Counted from the first letter of the stretch, positions 1-10,613 are shown. The stretch is 48,162 bases of DNA from Nostoc sp. (GCA_036918135.1 JBALDB010000041.1:1-48162), one strand, 5' to 3'. A program made the numbers and translations. Notes: generated from the sequence alone by a model not told the origin.

Positions 1-95
1 CTGCGGCGAGCGTAGCGATCGCACTTCACCTGCCCACTTAAGCAAATTCATGCCTAGCAAGCTTTTTGGGCTTTTCTATCCGTCGAACTCACGTT
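1..95 (-). mobile_element. Truncated end of an IS/MITE-like dispersed repeat (terminus AACGTGAGTTCGACGG)
   Basis: Reverse complement of 1-95 starts AACGTGAGTTCGACGG..AAAAAGCTTGCTAGGCATGAATTTG and aligns with 48074-48162. Confidence 0.6.
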
Positions 96-271
96 CAATT
101 ATTGTAGTCAGATGGCACAGCTAAATTGGTGTAAGTAGCTCAACCTACCAACACTTACGCTTTTAAACTTGAGTATTGCTTGCGTGCAATACTTCCAAGT
201 AATGATATCGAAATGCGATCGCCGCTCAAAAATTAACTAGCAACCACTACCTGAGCGCTTATAGTTCTGCA

Positions 272-721
272 TCAAGACTCGCATTCTCGTTTCGTTATAT
301 AGTGGCGATAGCGAAACATCGCTTCTAGTTGTGCTTGCACTAACCAACCGCTGATAAATTCAACTGTTCCGCCACCAGGCATTGAAAAAGAAATTGCATC
401 AGTCAACTTGGTTTTACCAGCATTCTCAGGTTCAAATTCATGTCGATGTACCCAAAACTCAAAAGGCCCAGATATTTGTTCGTCGGTAAACAGGCGATAT
501 TTTTGGTATTCAGTATGACGTGCTAGCCAAGTTAAGGGTAATGGCCCAAGAAACAGCCGAAATTCTGTGATAGCGCCCACATCAAGCCCTCCATCGCGAC
601 GGACTACTTGGACTGGTTGCCAAGGTGGAGTTAGTAGTTGCAAAATGTCTGGCCTTTCGTGAAATTTCCAAACTACTTCTAGTGGCGCATTGATGAGTGA
701 GGAATGTTTAAAGTGCAGCAT
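272..721 (-). CDS. SRPBCC/START-fold (polyketide cyclase-like) protein
   Basis: 149 aa; INAPLEVVWKFH, LTPPW, FTDEQISGPF..W.H.H.F motifs. Confidence 0.85.
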   Translation of the reverse strand: MLHFKHSSLINAPLEVVWKFHERPDILQLLTPPWQPVQVVRRDGGLDVGAITEFRLFLGPLPLTWLARHTEYQKYRLFTDEQISGPFEFWVHRHEFEPENAGKTKLTDAISFSMPGGGTVEFISGWLVQAQLEAMFRYRHYITKRECES

Positions 722-740
722 GGAAAGAAAAACCTAAAAC

Positions 741-929
741 TCAACTTTCAGATTCGGTATCAATCTCGATATCTAGGGTGTCTTCATCAACCCGAACATA
801 CAAAATATTTGGATTACAGCAAACTTGACAATCTTCTACATAAGACTGTTGTCCCCCAGCACTCAAATCAATAAAAGTTAAGTTTGGTTCGCCGCAATAG
901 GCGCAGTAATACTCAGCTGTGGTTTGCAT
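741..929 (-). CDS. CPXCG-motif cysteine-rich small protein
   Basis: CAYCGE...YVEDCQVCCNP; ATG at 929 chosen over the upstream TTG. Confidence 0.85.
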   Translation of the reverse strand: MQTTAEYYCAYCGEPNLTFIDLSAGGQQSYVEDCQVCCNPNILYVRVDEDTLDIEIDTESES

Positions 930-990
930 CAAGTTTTCAGATATGAATTCAAACGTATTAGGTACTGGGTGTTGAGTATTAACTTTTAAT

Positions 991-1026
991 TCCTAGTCCC
1001 CAGTCCCTAGTTTCTAGTCCCCAGTA
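991..1026. repeat. STRR-type heptamer tract (CCCCAGT/CCCTAGT) overlapping the radical SAM stop codon
   Basis: tcctagt ccccagt ccctagt ttctagt ccccagt. Confidence 0.7.
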
Positions 1027-2662
1027 CTGGCTGTAGTTCTTTGAGGGATGGATTGATATAACTCTGAGCATCAGCCAAATGCTTTAGTAGTGTAGACTGT
1101 GGCAGAGGCCCTTGCAAGTGGCTCCAGGGTAATATTTGCTCTGTTGACCAATCATCGTGAACGTAGAAATCTAAGTCGGGGATTTGTCCTTTAAGTTGTT
1201 TAAAAGCGCGTTTGTAGCTACCCAAGGAGTCGCCAAAGTTACGAGTTAGTTGGAGAAGTTGGGAGAGTCTGCGATCGCCCCTAGATAACAAAGCCTGAAT
1301 TATTGACCAATTATAGCTTTCTGGGCGAAATTCTATCCCTTTTGGTTTTAGTTGTTTTTGCAAAAATTGCAACCGTTTTTCGGCTTGAGGATTTACTCCC
1401 AACCACTGAAAGGGTGTATGTGCTTTGGGTACAAATGTGCTACATCCAAATGTTAGCCGCAATCCCGGTGCAGCTTTTTTGATACTATGCATCATTGCCA
1501 CGGTTTGTTCTAAATCTTCTGCTGATTCGCCAGGAATTCCTGCCATTCCGTAGAGTTTTAAACCTGTAAGTCCACCAGCTTTGGCATTTATAGCTGCTTG
1601 GATAATTTCATCGTTATGCAGCTTTTTGTTGACGATTTGCCGGATTTTTTCGGAACCACTTTCTACGGCAATAGTAAGCGATCGCGTGTCTCGTTGGGAC
1701 AAAGTTTTTGCTAACTGGACTGTTACGGTGTTGGTGCGTACTGAAGCAATACTCAAACGAACATCATCAAACTTGGGCTGATTAATATAATCTAATAACG
1801 CTTCAAATTCTGGATGTTGAGTTACTGAAGCCCCTAATAATCCTAAGCGATTTGTAACTTGTAAACCTCTTTCGATAGCTGGAATTAACGATCCTTCCAA
1901 ACTCGCTGTTCTAAAAGGTAATGTGAGATAACTTGCCAAACAAAAACGACACATTTCTGGACAACTTCTCACCACTTCCACCATGTAAATATTTTCCCAA
2001 GCTGCTTTTTCGGTGACTACAGTGGATGCTGATAGAGTATTTCCTCGATAAGTTTGCTTTTGCACCACTACGGGAATTTCAGAGCAAATTGGTTGAATAG
2101 ACTTTATCGCACCATCTCTAGTGTGATATTCCACCTCATATAAACTGGGAACATAAATACCTGGTACTTGTGCTAATCTTTGTAGTTGAGTTTGTCTAGA
2201 ACTATTTCTTACTTCTTTGTAAGCTTCAATTAAATTTCCTAGTAAATTTTCGCCATCTCCCAGCAAAATTACATCAAAGAAATCTGCAAAAGGTTCGGGA
2301 TTAGCAGTGAGAACTGGCCCCCCACCAAAAATTATCGGATGAGAATCATCACGAGAAGCTGCCCAAATAGGAATCTCTAAAGACTCTAGCAAATTTAAAA
2401 TATTTACATAATCCAATTCCCAGGAAATAGAGAATCCGACAATTTCCGGCTTTCTGGGGAGTTGTTCGTGAGTATCAGTAAATAGGCGACTCACCTGCAC
2501 ATCATTACGCATTGCCAAAGTTGCCCAAACTACCTGATAGCCAAGGCTAGTGATACCGACGCTGTACTCATTGGGAAAGGCGAAAATCAGGGGAATAGCG
2601 TTAGTGTCTGGGGTAGTTGGTGTAAATAAAAGGCGTTCCGAGTCAAATAGAGATGATGTCAC
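1007..2662 (-). CDS. B12-binding-domain radical SAM protein
   Basis: CPEMCRFC CxxxCxxC motif, GGPVLTANPEP, FVPKAHTPFQW; probable GTG start at 2662 (ORF is open to 2719). Confidence 0.9.
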   Translation of the reverse strand: MTSSLFDSERLLFTPTTPDTNAIPLIFAFPNEYSVGITSLGYQVVWATLAMRNDVQVSRLFTDTHEQLPRKPEIVGFSISWELDYVNILNLLESLEIPIWAASRDDSHPIIFGGGPVLTANPEPFADFFDVILLGDGENLLGNLIEAYKEVRNSSRQTQLQRLAQVPGIYVPSLYEVEYHTRDGAIKSIQPICSEIPVVVQKQTYRGNTLSASTVVTEKAAWENIYMVEVVRSCPEMCRFCLASYLTLPFRTASLEGSLIPAIERGLQVTNRLGLLGASVTQHPEFEALLDYINQPKFDDVRLSIASVRTNTVTVQLAKTLSQRDTRSLTIAVESGSEKIRQIVNKKLHNDEIIQAAINAKAGGLTGLKLYGMAGIPGESAEDLEQTVAMMHSIKKAAPGLRLTFGCSTFVPKAHTPFQWLGVNPQAEKRLQFLQKQLKPKGIEFRPESYNWSIIQALLSRGDRRLSQLLQLTRNFGDSLGSYKRAFKQLKGQIPDLDFYVHDDWSTEQILPWSHLQGPLPQSTLLKHLADAQSYINPSLKELQPVLGTRN

Positions 2663-2806
2663 AGGCTTTTTTTCTAAGTATTTGCATAAATGTAATTTAC
2701 TCCCATATACACAAGACAAAAACTAACTCTGTAAGTTTTATTTTAGTCTGAGCAGGCAAACGAGAGTTTGTGTAGCTGGAAGTTATTTCTAGTTATCAAG
2801 GCTGCT

Positions 2807-3061
2807 TTATCTATATTTAATTTTAAGCCATAAAATTATCAAGTTAAAAAATAATGTGATGCCGTTAGCAAGAATAATAGGTAATGCTTGGAGATAAATT
2901 CCGTAAATTAACCACAAAAAAACACCAGTTATAAATGTAATCAACATCACAAAAGAAATATCTTTTGCTGATTTTGTTTTCCAGGTTTTAAACATCTGTG
3001 GTAGAAAGGCGATCGTGGTTAATGTGGCAGCCGCTAATCCTATAATCATTACAAAATCCAT
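2807..3061 (-). CDS. SemiSWEET/PQ-loop sugar transporter
   Basis: 84 aa, three TM segments, AFLPQ, KSAKDIS, WLIYG, PIILAN. Confidence 0.9.
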   Translation of the reverse strand: MDFVMIIGLAAATLTTIAFLPQMFKTWKTKSAKDISFVMLITFITGVFLWLIYGIYLQALPIILANGITLFFNLIILWLKIKYR

Positions 3062-3356
3062 TTATCCAAACCTATAAAATAAACTCTTTATTCATTAAAA
3101 ATTTTAATAACTAATTTTCATCATCTTGGATGAATGTTTTCGATTTTACATTTTTCTGTAAGCTATCAAGCAAAGAAAACGAAAAGGGAAAAAGTTAAAC
3201 ACTTTTCCCCTCTTCTGTAAGCTGTTTTCAGGTTGAACAGAGTTCGGTCTTGTTTATAAGTCAGGAAGACCCTTAAACGAGTGTTCATATTTTAATTACC
3301 TTGGTAGATTTATTCTCCGTATTTACTTATCTTTACATAGTTTAGTTTTTTCCTGC

Positions 3357-4091
3357 CTATCTACTTAAAATCTGAATTTCATCAAGTTGATTAATCACCA
3401 CATCTGCACCTTTAACATTATCCGGCTGACCCACCCAGGTGATTCCAATACAACCTGCGGCTTTAGCATCACGTGCCATTTGCATATCACCAACTGAATC
3501 TCCTACCATCAATGTAGCGCTTGGTTCGACTCCCAAGGCTTGACAAGCTTGCAAAAATAGTATCGGATCTGGTTTACTGGGCCCCTCATCCACTCCCATT
3601 TGCAGCTGGATATAATCACCTAATTGGTGATGGGCTACAAACTGTTGCACTTCATCAGTTGTCGCCGCAGAGAGTATACCGAGTTTTATACCAGCTTCAT
3701 GTAAATATTTCAATATTTCCAAACTACCGATAAACACTGGTGAAGGAGTTTGTCCAATGTATTTTTCCGCTTCATCCAAAGCTTGACGAGCGATTTTTAA
3801 GCATTCAAACCATCCTCTTCCAGTTTCAGCAATATATGCCGCAGCAGCAACTTCTGTTTCGCGGCGACTCGCCACCGATACTATACCTGCTGGGTCGAGA
3901 GTATTGCCATTGACGCCAAATGCCATTAATAGCGGTTCCCCAACACCGGGAACTTGAGCGTCTATCAACCTCGCTGCTTTTTGTGCTAGCGATCGCAAAT
4001 ATGTTTCTGAATCTTCTAGAGTTCCGTTTTTATCAAACAAAATTGCTTGAATATTATCAAAAGTGATGTTTCTACATTTAATAGTTGTCAA
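3357..4091 (-). CDS. HAD-family hydrolase
   Basis: ILFDKNGT motif I, KPDP, MVGDSVGD motif IV. Confidence 0.9.
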   Translation of the reverse strand: MTTIKCRNITFDNIQAILFDKNGTLEDSETYLRSLAQKAARLIDAQVPGVGEPLLMAFGVNGNTLDPAGIVSVASRRETEVAAAAYIAETGRGWFECLKIARQALDEAEKYIGQTPSPVFIGSLEILKYLHEAGIKLGILSAATTDEVQQFVAHHQLGDYIQLQMGVDEGPSKPDPILFLQACQALGVEPSATLMVGDSVGDMQMARDAKAAGCIGITWVGQPDNVKGADVVINQLDEIQILSR

Positions 4092-4132
4092 AATATTTCA
4101 CCTTACTTATTTAGTTATTTGTCCTCTCTTAC

Positions 4133-4168
4133 AAAGTTCTGATCGCTGGAAGCCAGCGCTCAGACTTT
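4133..4168. repeat. Small palindromic dispersed repeat (hairpin)
   Basis: aaagttctga-tcgctgg-aag-ccagcg-ctcagacttt imperfect inverted repeat next to STRR heptamers. Confidence 0.5.
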
Positions 4169-4222
4169 GCGCTTTGTCCGTTGTCATTTGTCCTTTAACT
4201 AATGACCAATGACAAAATACAT

Positions 4223-4246
4223 AAAAAAAGAGGGAAAACCCTCTTT
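4223..4246 (-). terminator. Probable intrinsic terminator of rps1
   Basis: Minus strand AAAGAGGG-TTTT-CCCTCTTT followed by a T run, about 50 nt after the stop. Confidence 0.7.
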
Positions 4247-4295
4247 AAACAATGCTTTGATACTTTTAATTAAAGACAGTAAAACTCTAAATGTA

Positions 4296-5393
4296 TTACT
4301 CTTCAATAGCTGCGGGAATTTCTTCTTCGGTTTCTGTCGCTGCGGGAATTTCGTCTTCGGTTTCTGTCGCTGGTGGAATTTCCTCTTCAATTTCCGTAGC
4401 TGGTGGAATTTCCTCTTCAATTTCCGTAGCTGGTGGAATTTCTTCCTCTGCTACAACTTCCATAACTCCAGCAGATGCAGCATTAGTACCTTGCTGCTTA
4501 GCTAACAGCTGTTCCCGATACTTAGCAGCCATTTCTTCTGCTTTATCGTAGACCAAATCTCGGTTTTTAATCATATCACCGGGTTCTGGTTCTAACTGCT
4601 TAGTAGATAAAGAAATTCGACCTCTTTCGGCATCCAAATCAATGATCATAACTTTCACTTCATCATTGACATTGAACACGCTGTGAGGTGTATCAATATG
4701 TTCGTGAGAAATTTCAGAAATGTGTAGTAGACCGCTGACGCCGCCAATATCAATGAAAGCACCGTAAGGTTTGATACCACGAACTGTACCAATCACTACT
4801 TCCCCAACTTCTAGGCGGTTCATCTTGCGTTCAACTAACGCCCGACGGTGGGATAGAACTAAGCGGTTGCGTTCTTCGTCTACCTCTAAGAACTTTAGTG
4901 GTAACTCTTCGCCTACCAATTCTTCTTTAGGTTTGCGGGTGCTGATGTGGGAACCAGGTATAAAACCGCGTAATCCCTCAATTCGTACCAAGGCTCCACC
5001 GCGGTTGGTTGCAAATACACCAGAACGTACTGTAGCATCTTCTGCTTGCAGTTGGCGCACGCGTTCCCAAGCCCGCATGTACTCTATACGGCGGATGGAA
5101 AGAGTTAATTGACCATCTTCATTTTCATCAGTGAGGATGAAAAATTCCCGCGTTTCGTTTGACTGTAAGACCTCTTCCGGGGCATCAACCCGGTTAATAG
5201 ACATTTCTTGTATGGGTATGTATGCTGCTGTTTTAGCACCAATGTCAATCAGAGCGCCGCGCGGCTCTATACTGAAAACGGTTCCTGGTACAATATCACC
5301 AGGGCTAAAATGATAGTCGTATTTATCAAGTAGAGCAGCGAAATCTTCGTGAGTGAATCCAATTTCTGTAGCGGTTAAATTCTGATTGACCAT
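4296..5393 (-). CDS. rps1: 30S ribosomal protein S1 (three S1 domains plus acidic repeat tail)
   Basis: FAALLDKYDYHF, GALIDIGAK, LRGFIPGSH, GLLHISEIS motifs. Confidence 0.97.
   Translation of the reverse strand: MVNQNLTATEIGFTHEDFAALLDKYDYHFSPGDIVPGTVFSIEPRGALIDIGAKTAAYIPIQEMSINRVDAPEEVLQSNETREFFILTDENEDGQLTLSIRRIEYMRAWERVRQLQAEDATVRSGVFATNRGGALVRIEGLRGFIPGSHISTRKPKEELVGEELPLKFLEVDEERNRLVLSHRRALVERKMNRLEVGEVVIGTVRGIKPYGAFIDIGGVSGLLHISEISHEHIDTPHSVFNVNDEVKVMIIDLDAERGRISLSTKQLEPEPGDMIKNRDLVYDKAEEMAAKYREQLLAKQQGTNAASAGVMEVVAEEEIPPATEIEEEIPPATEIEEEIPPATETEDEIPAATETEEEIPAAIEE
4299..4448 (-). repeat. 30-bp coding tandem repeat (about 5 x EEEIP[P/A]ATE[I/T]) in the S1 tail
   Basis: Repeated gctggtggaatttcctcttcaatttccgta and gctgcgggaatttc.tcttcggtttctgtc units. 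Confidence 0.9.
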
Positions 5394-5640
5394 GCTGATT
5401 TAGTTCCCGGTTTTAGTCTCCGTAAAGTTTGTGCAATAAGTGCGATGTATATGCAACTGTATTTAAGCAGTCCGCACTTAACATCCTTTTTCATCCTAGC
5501 GCAGAAAAGCTAGTAATAACACATATCAACTCCCAAGATTGGAAATTATATCACAAGATTAAAAGGATTGTGTATTAGAAGATGACTGCTGAGTGTTAAC
5601 AAATCACCAATAACTAATGACGAAGGACAAACACAATAAT

Positions 5641-5672
5641 ATCCGTTACTACTGAATATGGTAGTAACGGAT
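5641..5672. terminator. Perfect 12-bp stem hairpin downstream of psbT
   Basis: ATCCGTTACTAC-tgaatatg-GTAGTAACGGAT. Confidence 0.65.
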
Positions 5673-5712
5673 ACTTAAGATTGAATGCGCTTAAATTTCT
5701 GGTAATAGCGAC

Positions 5713-5817
5713 TTACTTATCTTTTTTCTCAAAGCGAGGGGGTTCGCGAAATGCGATCGCAAAGAAGAGAACACCTATACACAGGGTAAAAATCAAGATG
5801 TATGCAACGCTTTCCAT
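5713..5817 (-). CDS. psbT: Photosystem II reaction centre protein T
   Basis: Manual translation MESVAYILIFTLCIGVLFFAIAFREPPRFEKKDK; directly downstream of psbB. Confidence 0.97.
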   Translation of the reverse strand: MESVAYILIFTLCIGVLFFAIAFREPPRFEKKDK

Positions 5818-5849
5818 TTTATGAGTTCCTGCCTATCCAGCTAGTAATC

Positions 5850-5950
5850 AGGGGATTAGGGATTGGGTATTAGGGACTGGGTATTAGGAATTGAGTATTG
5901 AAATCTTCTTAAATACTTCTTTCCTAGTCCCCAGTCCCCATTTTCCAGTA
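5850..5950. repeat. STRR heptamer tracts in inverted arrangement between psbB and psbT
   Basis: GGGATTG/GGTATTA/GGGACTG run followed by a CCTAGT/CCCCAGT run. Confidence 0.7.
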
Positions 5951-5952
5951 CC

Positions 5953-7482
5953 TTAGAGGGCTTCGTTCCGGCGGGTTGACTTGTCACCCACTTTCTGGAA
6001 TAGACCCCATTCGACTTGCTCTTCTAGATCTGCATCAACACCGGCAAATACGTCTCTGTAAATTGTACGAGCGCCATGCCAGAGGTGACCAAAGAAGAAC
6101 AACAGAGCAAACACAGCGTGTCCAAAGGTAAACCAACCTCTAGGACTGGTGCGGAATACGCCATCAGAGTTCAAGGTTTCCCGGTCAAAGTCAAAGATTT
6201 CACCGCCTTGAGCCTTACGAGCATATTTCTTAACATCTGCCGGGTCTGTAAAGGTCTGACCATTGAGGTCACCACCATAGAAACTAGCAGTGACACCAGA
6301 TTGCTCAAAGCTATACTTAGATTCTGCACGACGGAAGGGAATGTCAGCACGGACAACTCCATCAGCGTCGGTTAAGACCACTGGGAAGGTTTCAAAGAAG
6401 TTGGGGAGACGACGCACGGTCAATTCCCGTCCTTCGGAATCTTTGAATACAGCATGACCTTGCCAAGACTGAGCAACGCCATCACCCTTGTCCATCGCCC
6501 CAGTACGGAATAGACCACCTTTGGCGGGGCTATTGCCGACATAATCGTAGAAAGCTAGTTTTTCTGGAATCTGCGACCAAGCTTGCTCAAGGGTTGCACC
6601 TTGACCAACACTGGTTTGGACGCGGCGCTGAATTTCTTGACGGAAGTAGCCTTGATCCCATTGATAGCGGGTAGGGCCAAACAGTTCAATGGGGGTGGTA
6701 GCATTACCGTACCACATAGTACCAGCTACTACGAAAGCAGCGAAGAATACTGCTGCGATACTGCTAGAAAGTACTGTTTCAATGTTCCCCATCCGCAGAG
6801 CTTTGTAGAGCCTTTCGGGGGGTCGGACTGTTAGATGGAATAAACCTGCAATAATACCAACAACACCAGCGGCAATATGGTGAGCCACAACGCCACCAGG
6901 GTTAAATGGGTTAAAACCATCTGGGCCCCATTCTGGCGCTACTGGCTGGATGCTGCCAGTTATACCATAAGCGTCAGAAACCCACATCCCCGGGCCAAAT
7001 AGTCCGGTGAGGTGGAAAGCACCAAAGCCAAAACAAAGTAGACCAGATAAGAACAAGTGAATGCCAAACATCTTTGGCAAGTCTAAAGCGGGTTCACCTG
7101 AGCGAGGATCTCTAAAGAGTTCCAAATCCCAGTAAACCCAGTGCCAAACGGCAGCTAAGAATAACAGACCGGAAAGAACGATGTGAGCCGCAGCAACGCC
7201 TTCAAATGACCAGAAGCCAGGATCGCCTCCTGAAGCCCCGGTAACACTCCAACCACCCCAAGATTGAGTAACGCCTAAACGTGCTAGGAAGGGCAGCACG
7301 AACATTCCTTGACGCCACATCGGGTTAAGAACCGGATCGCTAGGGTCAAAAATAGCCAGTTCGTATAGTGCCATCGAACCAGCCCAGCCTGCTACTAAGG
7401 CTGTGTGCATTAGGTGTACAGAAATCAGCCGCCCTGGATCGTTCAGAACGACTGTGTGTACTCGGTACCAGGGTAGTCCCAT
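5953..7482 (-). CDS. psbB: Photosystem II CP47 chlorophyll-binding protein
   Basis: [20 protein letters not shown]-terminus, 509 aa, GAGGAGG Shine-Dalgarno upstream. Confidence 0.99.
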   Translation of the reverse strand: MGLPWYRVHTVVLNDPGRLISVHLMHTALVAGWAGSMALYELAIFDPSDPVLNPMWRQGMFVLPFLARLGVTQSWGGWSVTGASGGDPGFWSFEGVAAAHIVLSGLLFLAAVWHWVYWDLELFRDPRSGEPALDLPKMFGIHLFLSGLLCFGFGAFHLTGLFGPGMWVSDAYGITGSIQPVAPEWGPDGFNPFNPGGVVAHHIAAGVVGIIAGLFHLTVRPPERLYKALRMGNIETVLSSSIAAVFFAAFVVAGTMWYGNATTPIELFGPTRYQWDQGYFRQEIQRRVQTSVGQGATLEQAWSQIPEKLAFYDYVGNSPAKGGLFRTGAMDKGDGVAQSWQGHAVFKDSEGRELTVRRLPNFFETFPVVLTDADGVVRADIPFRRAESKYSFEQSGVTASFYGGDLNGQTFTDPADVKKYARKAQGGEIFDFDRETLNSDGVFRTSPRGWFTFGHAVFALLFFFGHLWHGARTIYRDVFAGVDADLEEQVEWGLFQKVGDKSTRRNEAL

Positions 7483-7968
7483 CGACTACGCTCCTCCTCG
7501 ATGAGTTAGTTTACAAAGCAATTATCTTACTGAGGTTCTGAGAAACGAAAACGCCACTCAGAAAACTCGCTTTTGTTTTTGTTATTGCCAGAGCCAGACT
7601 TTGACCACAACTTAGTCTTATTAAGTCAGACAGCGTGGTGGTTTGGCAATGCTTACTCGCTCCCTTGAGATTTACCCCGTAGGGTATCCGTCGCCAAGCA
7701 AAAATGAGAATATTTTAAAAAGTGTAACTATTGATGGAACTGTTTGCAAGCGTGTAAATTATTGCGATCGCGTAGCATGTGCAAGTTTTTTCGCTACCAA
7801 TCCTGTCGGGGATTAAATTTGCTTATCTTTTCTTTACGAGGAGAGTGAGGAAGAGACGCAAAGACTGGGAGACGCTCTGACGCGGGGATGGGAAGAGTTT
7901 TTGTGATAAATTTCCCATGTTATCTTTCCCTGTATCAGAGCATCCCCGTGTCCCCGCATCTTCTTCCC

Positions 7969-8295
7969 CTACTGAACTACCAACTGGATGTTTTGTAGTT
8001 GACACTTAGTCTGAGCAATACCCAGGCGTTCGATGACTTGTTCGGCACTCATCAAACGCTTGAGTACTACTTGACCGATGTTCTGACTGGCGGTTACTGG
8101 GGTTGTTGGCTTGACTTCGACGGTTAAAATGGCTTCTTCAACTCGATACAGCCATAGCAATTCGTTTTGTTCTACTATACAAATATTCATTCGTTGAATA
8201 TCTGGTTGGCGTCGCCATGCGGTTATTTGCCAGAGTCCGTCAGATGCCCACACTCTAGCAACTGTCCATCCCTCAGATAGAAAGAAATATTTCAC
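7969..8295 (-). CDS. Hypothetical protein (108 aa), probably conserved in cyanobacteria
   Basis: GTG start; protein-like composition (WRRQPDIQR, IGQVVLKRL). Confidence 0.7.
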   Translation of the reverse strand: MKYFFLSEGWTVARVWASDGLWQITAWRRQPDIQRMNICIVEQNELLWLYRVEEAILTVEVKPTTPVTASQNIGQVVLKRLMSAEQVIERLGIAQTKCQLQNIQLVVQ

Positions 8296-8585
8296 GCTCT
8301 TAGTCTCACTATTAGACTTTCAATCTGCTGTTCACGATATCGCGATCGCTTTTTTGCTGATGTATAAAACTAGATTTTTCCGAAAAATCATGCAGCCGTT
8401 TCTATGATAAACCGCTCCACAGCTATGTTTACCCAAGCAGCAACAGGATAAGTTTTAATGTAGGCTACTTGGGCTACTGTCAGAGCTTAACAAAGCTATT
8501 CCCTAGTAACTATGAATTTATGACAAATTTAGTTAATGTTTTAAATCTTAATTAAATAAAAATTTTCCTGATTTCTGGAAATGTC

Positions 8586-8660
8586 TATTAGTCATTAGTC
8601 ATTGGTCATTCACAAAGGACAAATGACTAATGACAAATGACTAATGACTAATGACCAATT
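8586..8660. repeat. STRR heptamers (TCATTAG / CTAATGA) in inverted arrangement
   Basis: tcattag tcattgg ... caaatga ctaatga ctaatga ccaat. Confidence 0.8.
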
Positions 8661-8772
8661 TGTACGTATATACTTAGCTGCAAGCATTAACAAAATTATT
8701 TGTAAAAATTAAGGCACAATAGTCACAAATGTAGTAAGATGTCTGACCGCTGATATCTAAGATTTTATTACT

Positions 8773-10425
8773 ATGATCTGGTTTTCCTTGACCGTGAAAC
8801 GCTGGAGTCGAATTATACAATTTATATCTTTATTCTGTGTATGTTTATTTTTAGTTGTGAGTTGCGCTCCTCGTCCACAGCTAACTACCCCACCATCGGG
8901 TTCTCTGAATAGCCTTACAGGCGATGGTCGCATTACTATAGGTACAACAGCGAAGCCGAGAACTCTTGACCCAGCTGATGCTTATGAGTTAGCATCCTTG
9001 GGTTTGGTGTTTAATATGAGCGATCGCCTCTACACCTACGAACCAGGAAGCACGCAAATTAAGCCCCAACTCGCTACAGCATTACCAAAAGTCAGCCAAG
9101 ATGGCTTAACTTACACTATCCCTTTACGCCAAGGAGTAGTTTATCACGATGGAACTCCCTTCAACGCCCAAGCAATGGCGTTTACTATCGAGCGTTTTAT
9201 TCAAAATAAAGGAAAACCCTCTTTCTTATTAGGCGATATAGTAGATTCGGTAAAAACCACAGGCGAATATGAGTTAAGTATTAAGCTGAAAAAGCCCTTT
9301 GCAGCGTTTCCTTCACTGCTGGCTTTTCCTGGGGTATGTGCAGTTTCGCCCAAAGCCTACAAAGTTGGTGCGGGTGAATTCAAGCCGAATATTTTTGTGG
9401 GAACTGGCCCTTACAAGTTAGCTCAGTATGGCACTGATTCCCTGCGATTTGATGTGTTTGATAAGTATTGGGGCGAAAAACCAGCTAATAAAGGTGTAAA
9501 CGTCCAAATTCAGACTAGTCCGGTTAATTTGTTTAATGCTTTCCGTACAGGTGGAGTGGATGTAGCTTATTTATCCCTACAACCAGACCAAACTCAAAGC
9601 TTGGAGGAAGGTGGTAAAAAAGGAGATTGGCAAGCGATCGCTGCTCAGGGTAGTGTAGTAAGTTATCTGGTATTAAATCGGAATCAAAAGCCTTTAGATA
9701 AAGCAGAAGTTAGAGCTGCGATCGCCTCAATAGTTGACCGTCCATTAATAAATGAACGAGTATTACTTGGTCAAGCAGATCCGCTTTATAGCATGATTCC
9801 CACAACGTTTAATGTTTCTCAACCATTATTTAAAGATAAATATGGCGATGCTAATTTCGATCGAGCCAAACAATTATTAACTACCGCTGGTTTTTCCAAA
9901 GAAAATCCGGCAAAAGTTCAAGTTTGGTATCCTTCTAGTTCACCTACTCGGAGTTTGGCAGCACAGACACTTAAATCGCTTGTTGATGCCAAAATGGATG
10001 GAATCCTGCAATTTGAAGTTGCTGTTGCTGAAGGCCCTGCTTTCTTTAAAGATATTTCTAGAGGATTATATCCAGCAGCTTTACTCGATTGGTATCCAGA
10101 CTTTTTAGATCCAGATAATTACGTGCAGCCATTTTTGTATTGTGAGAAAGGTTCGGTTGCTAAAGGATGTGAAGATGGAAGCAGTCAAACTCAGGGTTCA
10201 TTTTACTATAACGAAGCTGTGAATAAGTTAATTGACCAGCAACGTAAAGAACAAAATCCCGAAGCGCGTCAGAAAATTTTTGCCGAAATTCAAAATCAAG
10301 TAACCACAGATGTACCTTACGTCCCACTATGGCAAAACAAAGATTATGTATTTGCCCGAAATGGTGTTAGTAGCGTACAACTTAATCCAATTCAAATTTT
10401 GGTTTACCAGACTATTAAAAAATAG
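8773..10425 (+). CDS. Peptide ABC transporter substrate-binding lipoprotein (family 5, DppA/OppA-like)
   Basis: Lipobox LVVSC, TLDPA, GTGPYKL, WYPDFLDPD. Confidence 0.92.
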   Translation: MIWFSLTVKRWSRIIQFISLFCVCLFLVVSCAPRPQLTTPPSGSLNSLTGDGRITIGTTAKPRTLDPADAYELASLGLVFNMSDRLYTYEPGSTQIKPQLATALPKVSQDGLTYTIPLRQGVVYHDGTPFNAQAMAFTIERFIQNKGKPSFLLGDIVDSVKTTGEYELSIKLKKPFAAFPSLLAFPGVCAVSPKAYKVGAGEFKPNIFVGTGPYKLAQYGTDSLRFDVFDKYWGEKPANKGVNVQIQTSPVNLFNAFRTGGVDVAYLSLQPDQTQSLEEGGKKGDWQAIAAQGSVVSYLVLNRNQKPLDKAEVRAAIASIVDRPLINERVLLGQADPLYSMIPTTFNVSQPLFKDKYGDANFDRAKQLLTTAGFSKENPAKVQVWYPSSSPTRSLAAQTLKSLVDAKMDGILQFEVAVAEGPAFFKDISRGLYPAALLDWYPDFLDPDNYVQPFLYCEKGSVAKGCEDGSSQTQGSFYYNEAVNKLIDQQRKEQNPEARQKIFAEIQNQVTTDVPYVPLWQNKDYVFARNGVSSVQLNPIQILVYQTIKK

Positions 10426-10495
10426 TCATTAGTCATTAGTCATTAGTCGTTAGTCATTAGTCATTAGTCATTAGTCATTTGTCCTTAGTCATTAG
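10423..10495. repeat. STRR tandem heptamer TAGTCAT, about 10 copies
   Basis: Direct reading of tagtcat repeats after the stop codon. Confidence 0.9.
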
Positions 10496-10613
10496 ACCTC
10501 TTGCGTAAATCACAAATAATAACCTCAAAGAACCAAAGCTACACTTTGTCACCCTACCCCTTGGTAAGGGGAGGGGATTAAGGTGTAGGCTGTTAGGGAT
10601 TGCAAGATATCTA
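10493..10613. mobile_element. 121-bp MITE-like element
   Basis: Imperfect terminal inverted repeats TAGACCTCTTGC / GCAAGATATCTA with TA ends; internal hairpin CCCCTT-ggt-AAGGGG. Confidence 0.65.

Noticed and set aside
104..250. Possible MITE bounded by GTAGT/ACTAC with an internal AGTATTGC/GCAATACT hairpin
   Set aside because: Terminal similarity is too short and there is no second copy in the window.
4199..4551. Three short ORFs overlapping the rps1 3' end
   Set aside because: Alternate-frame or antisense readings of the 30-bp repeat.
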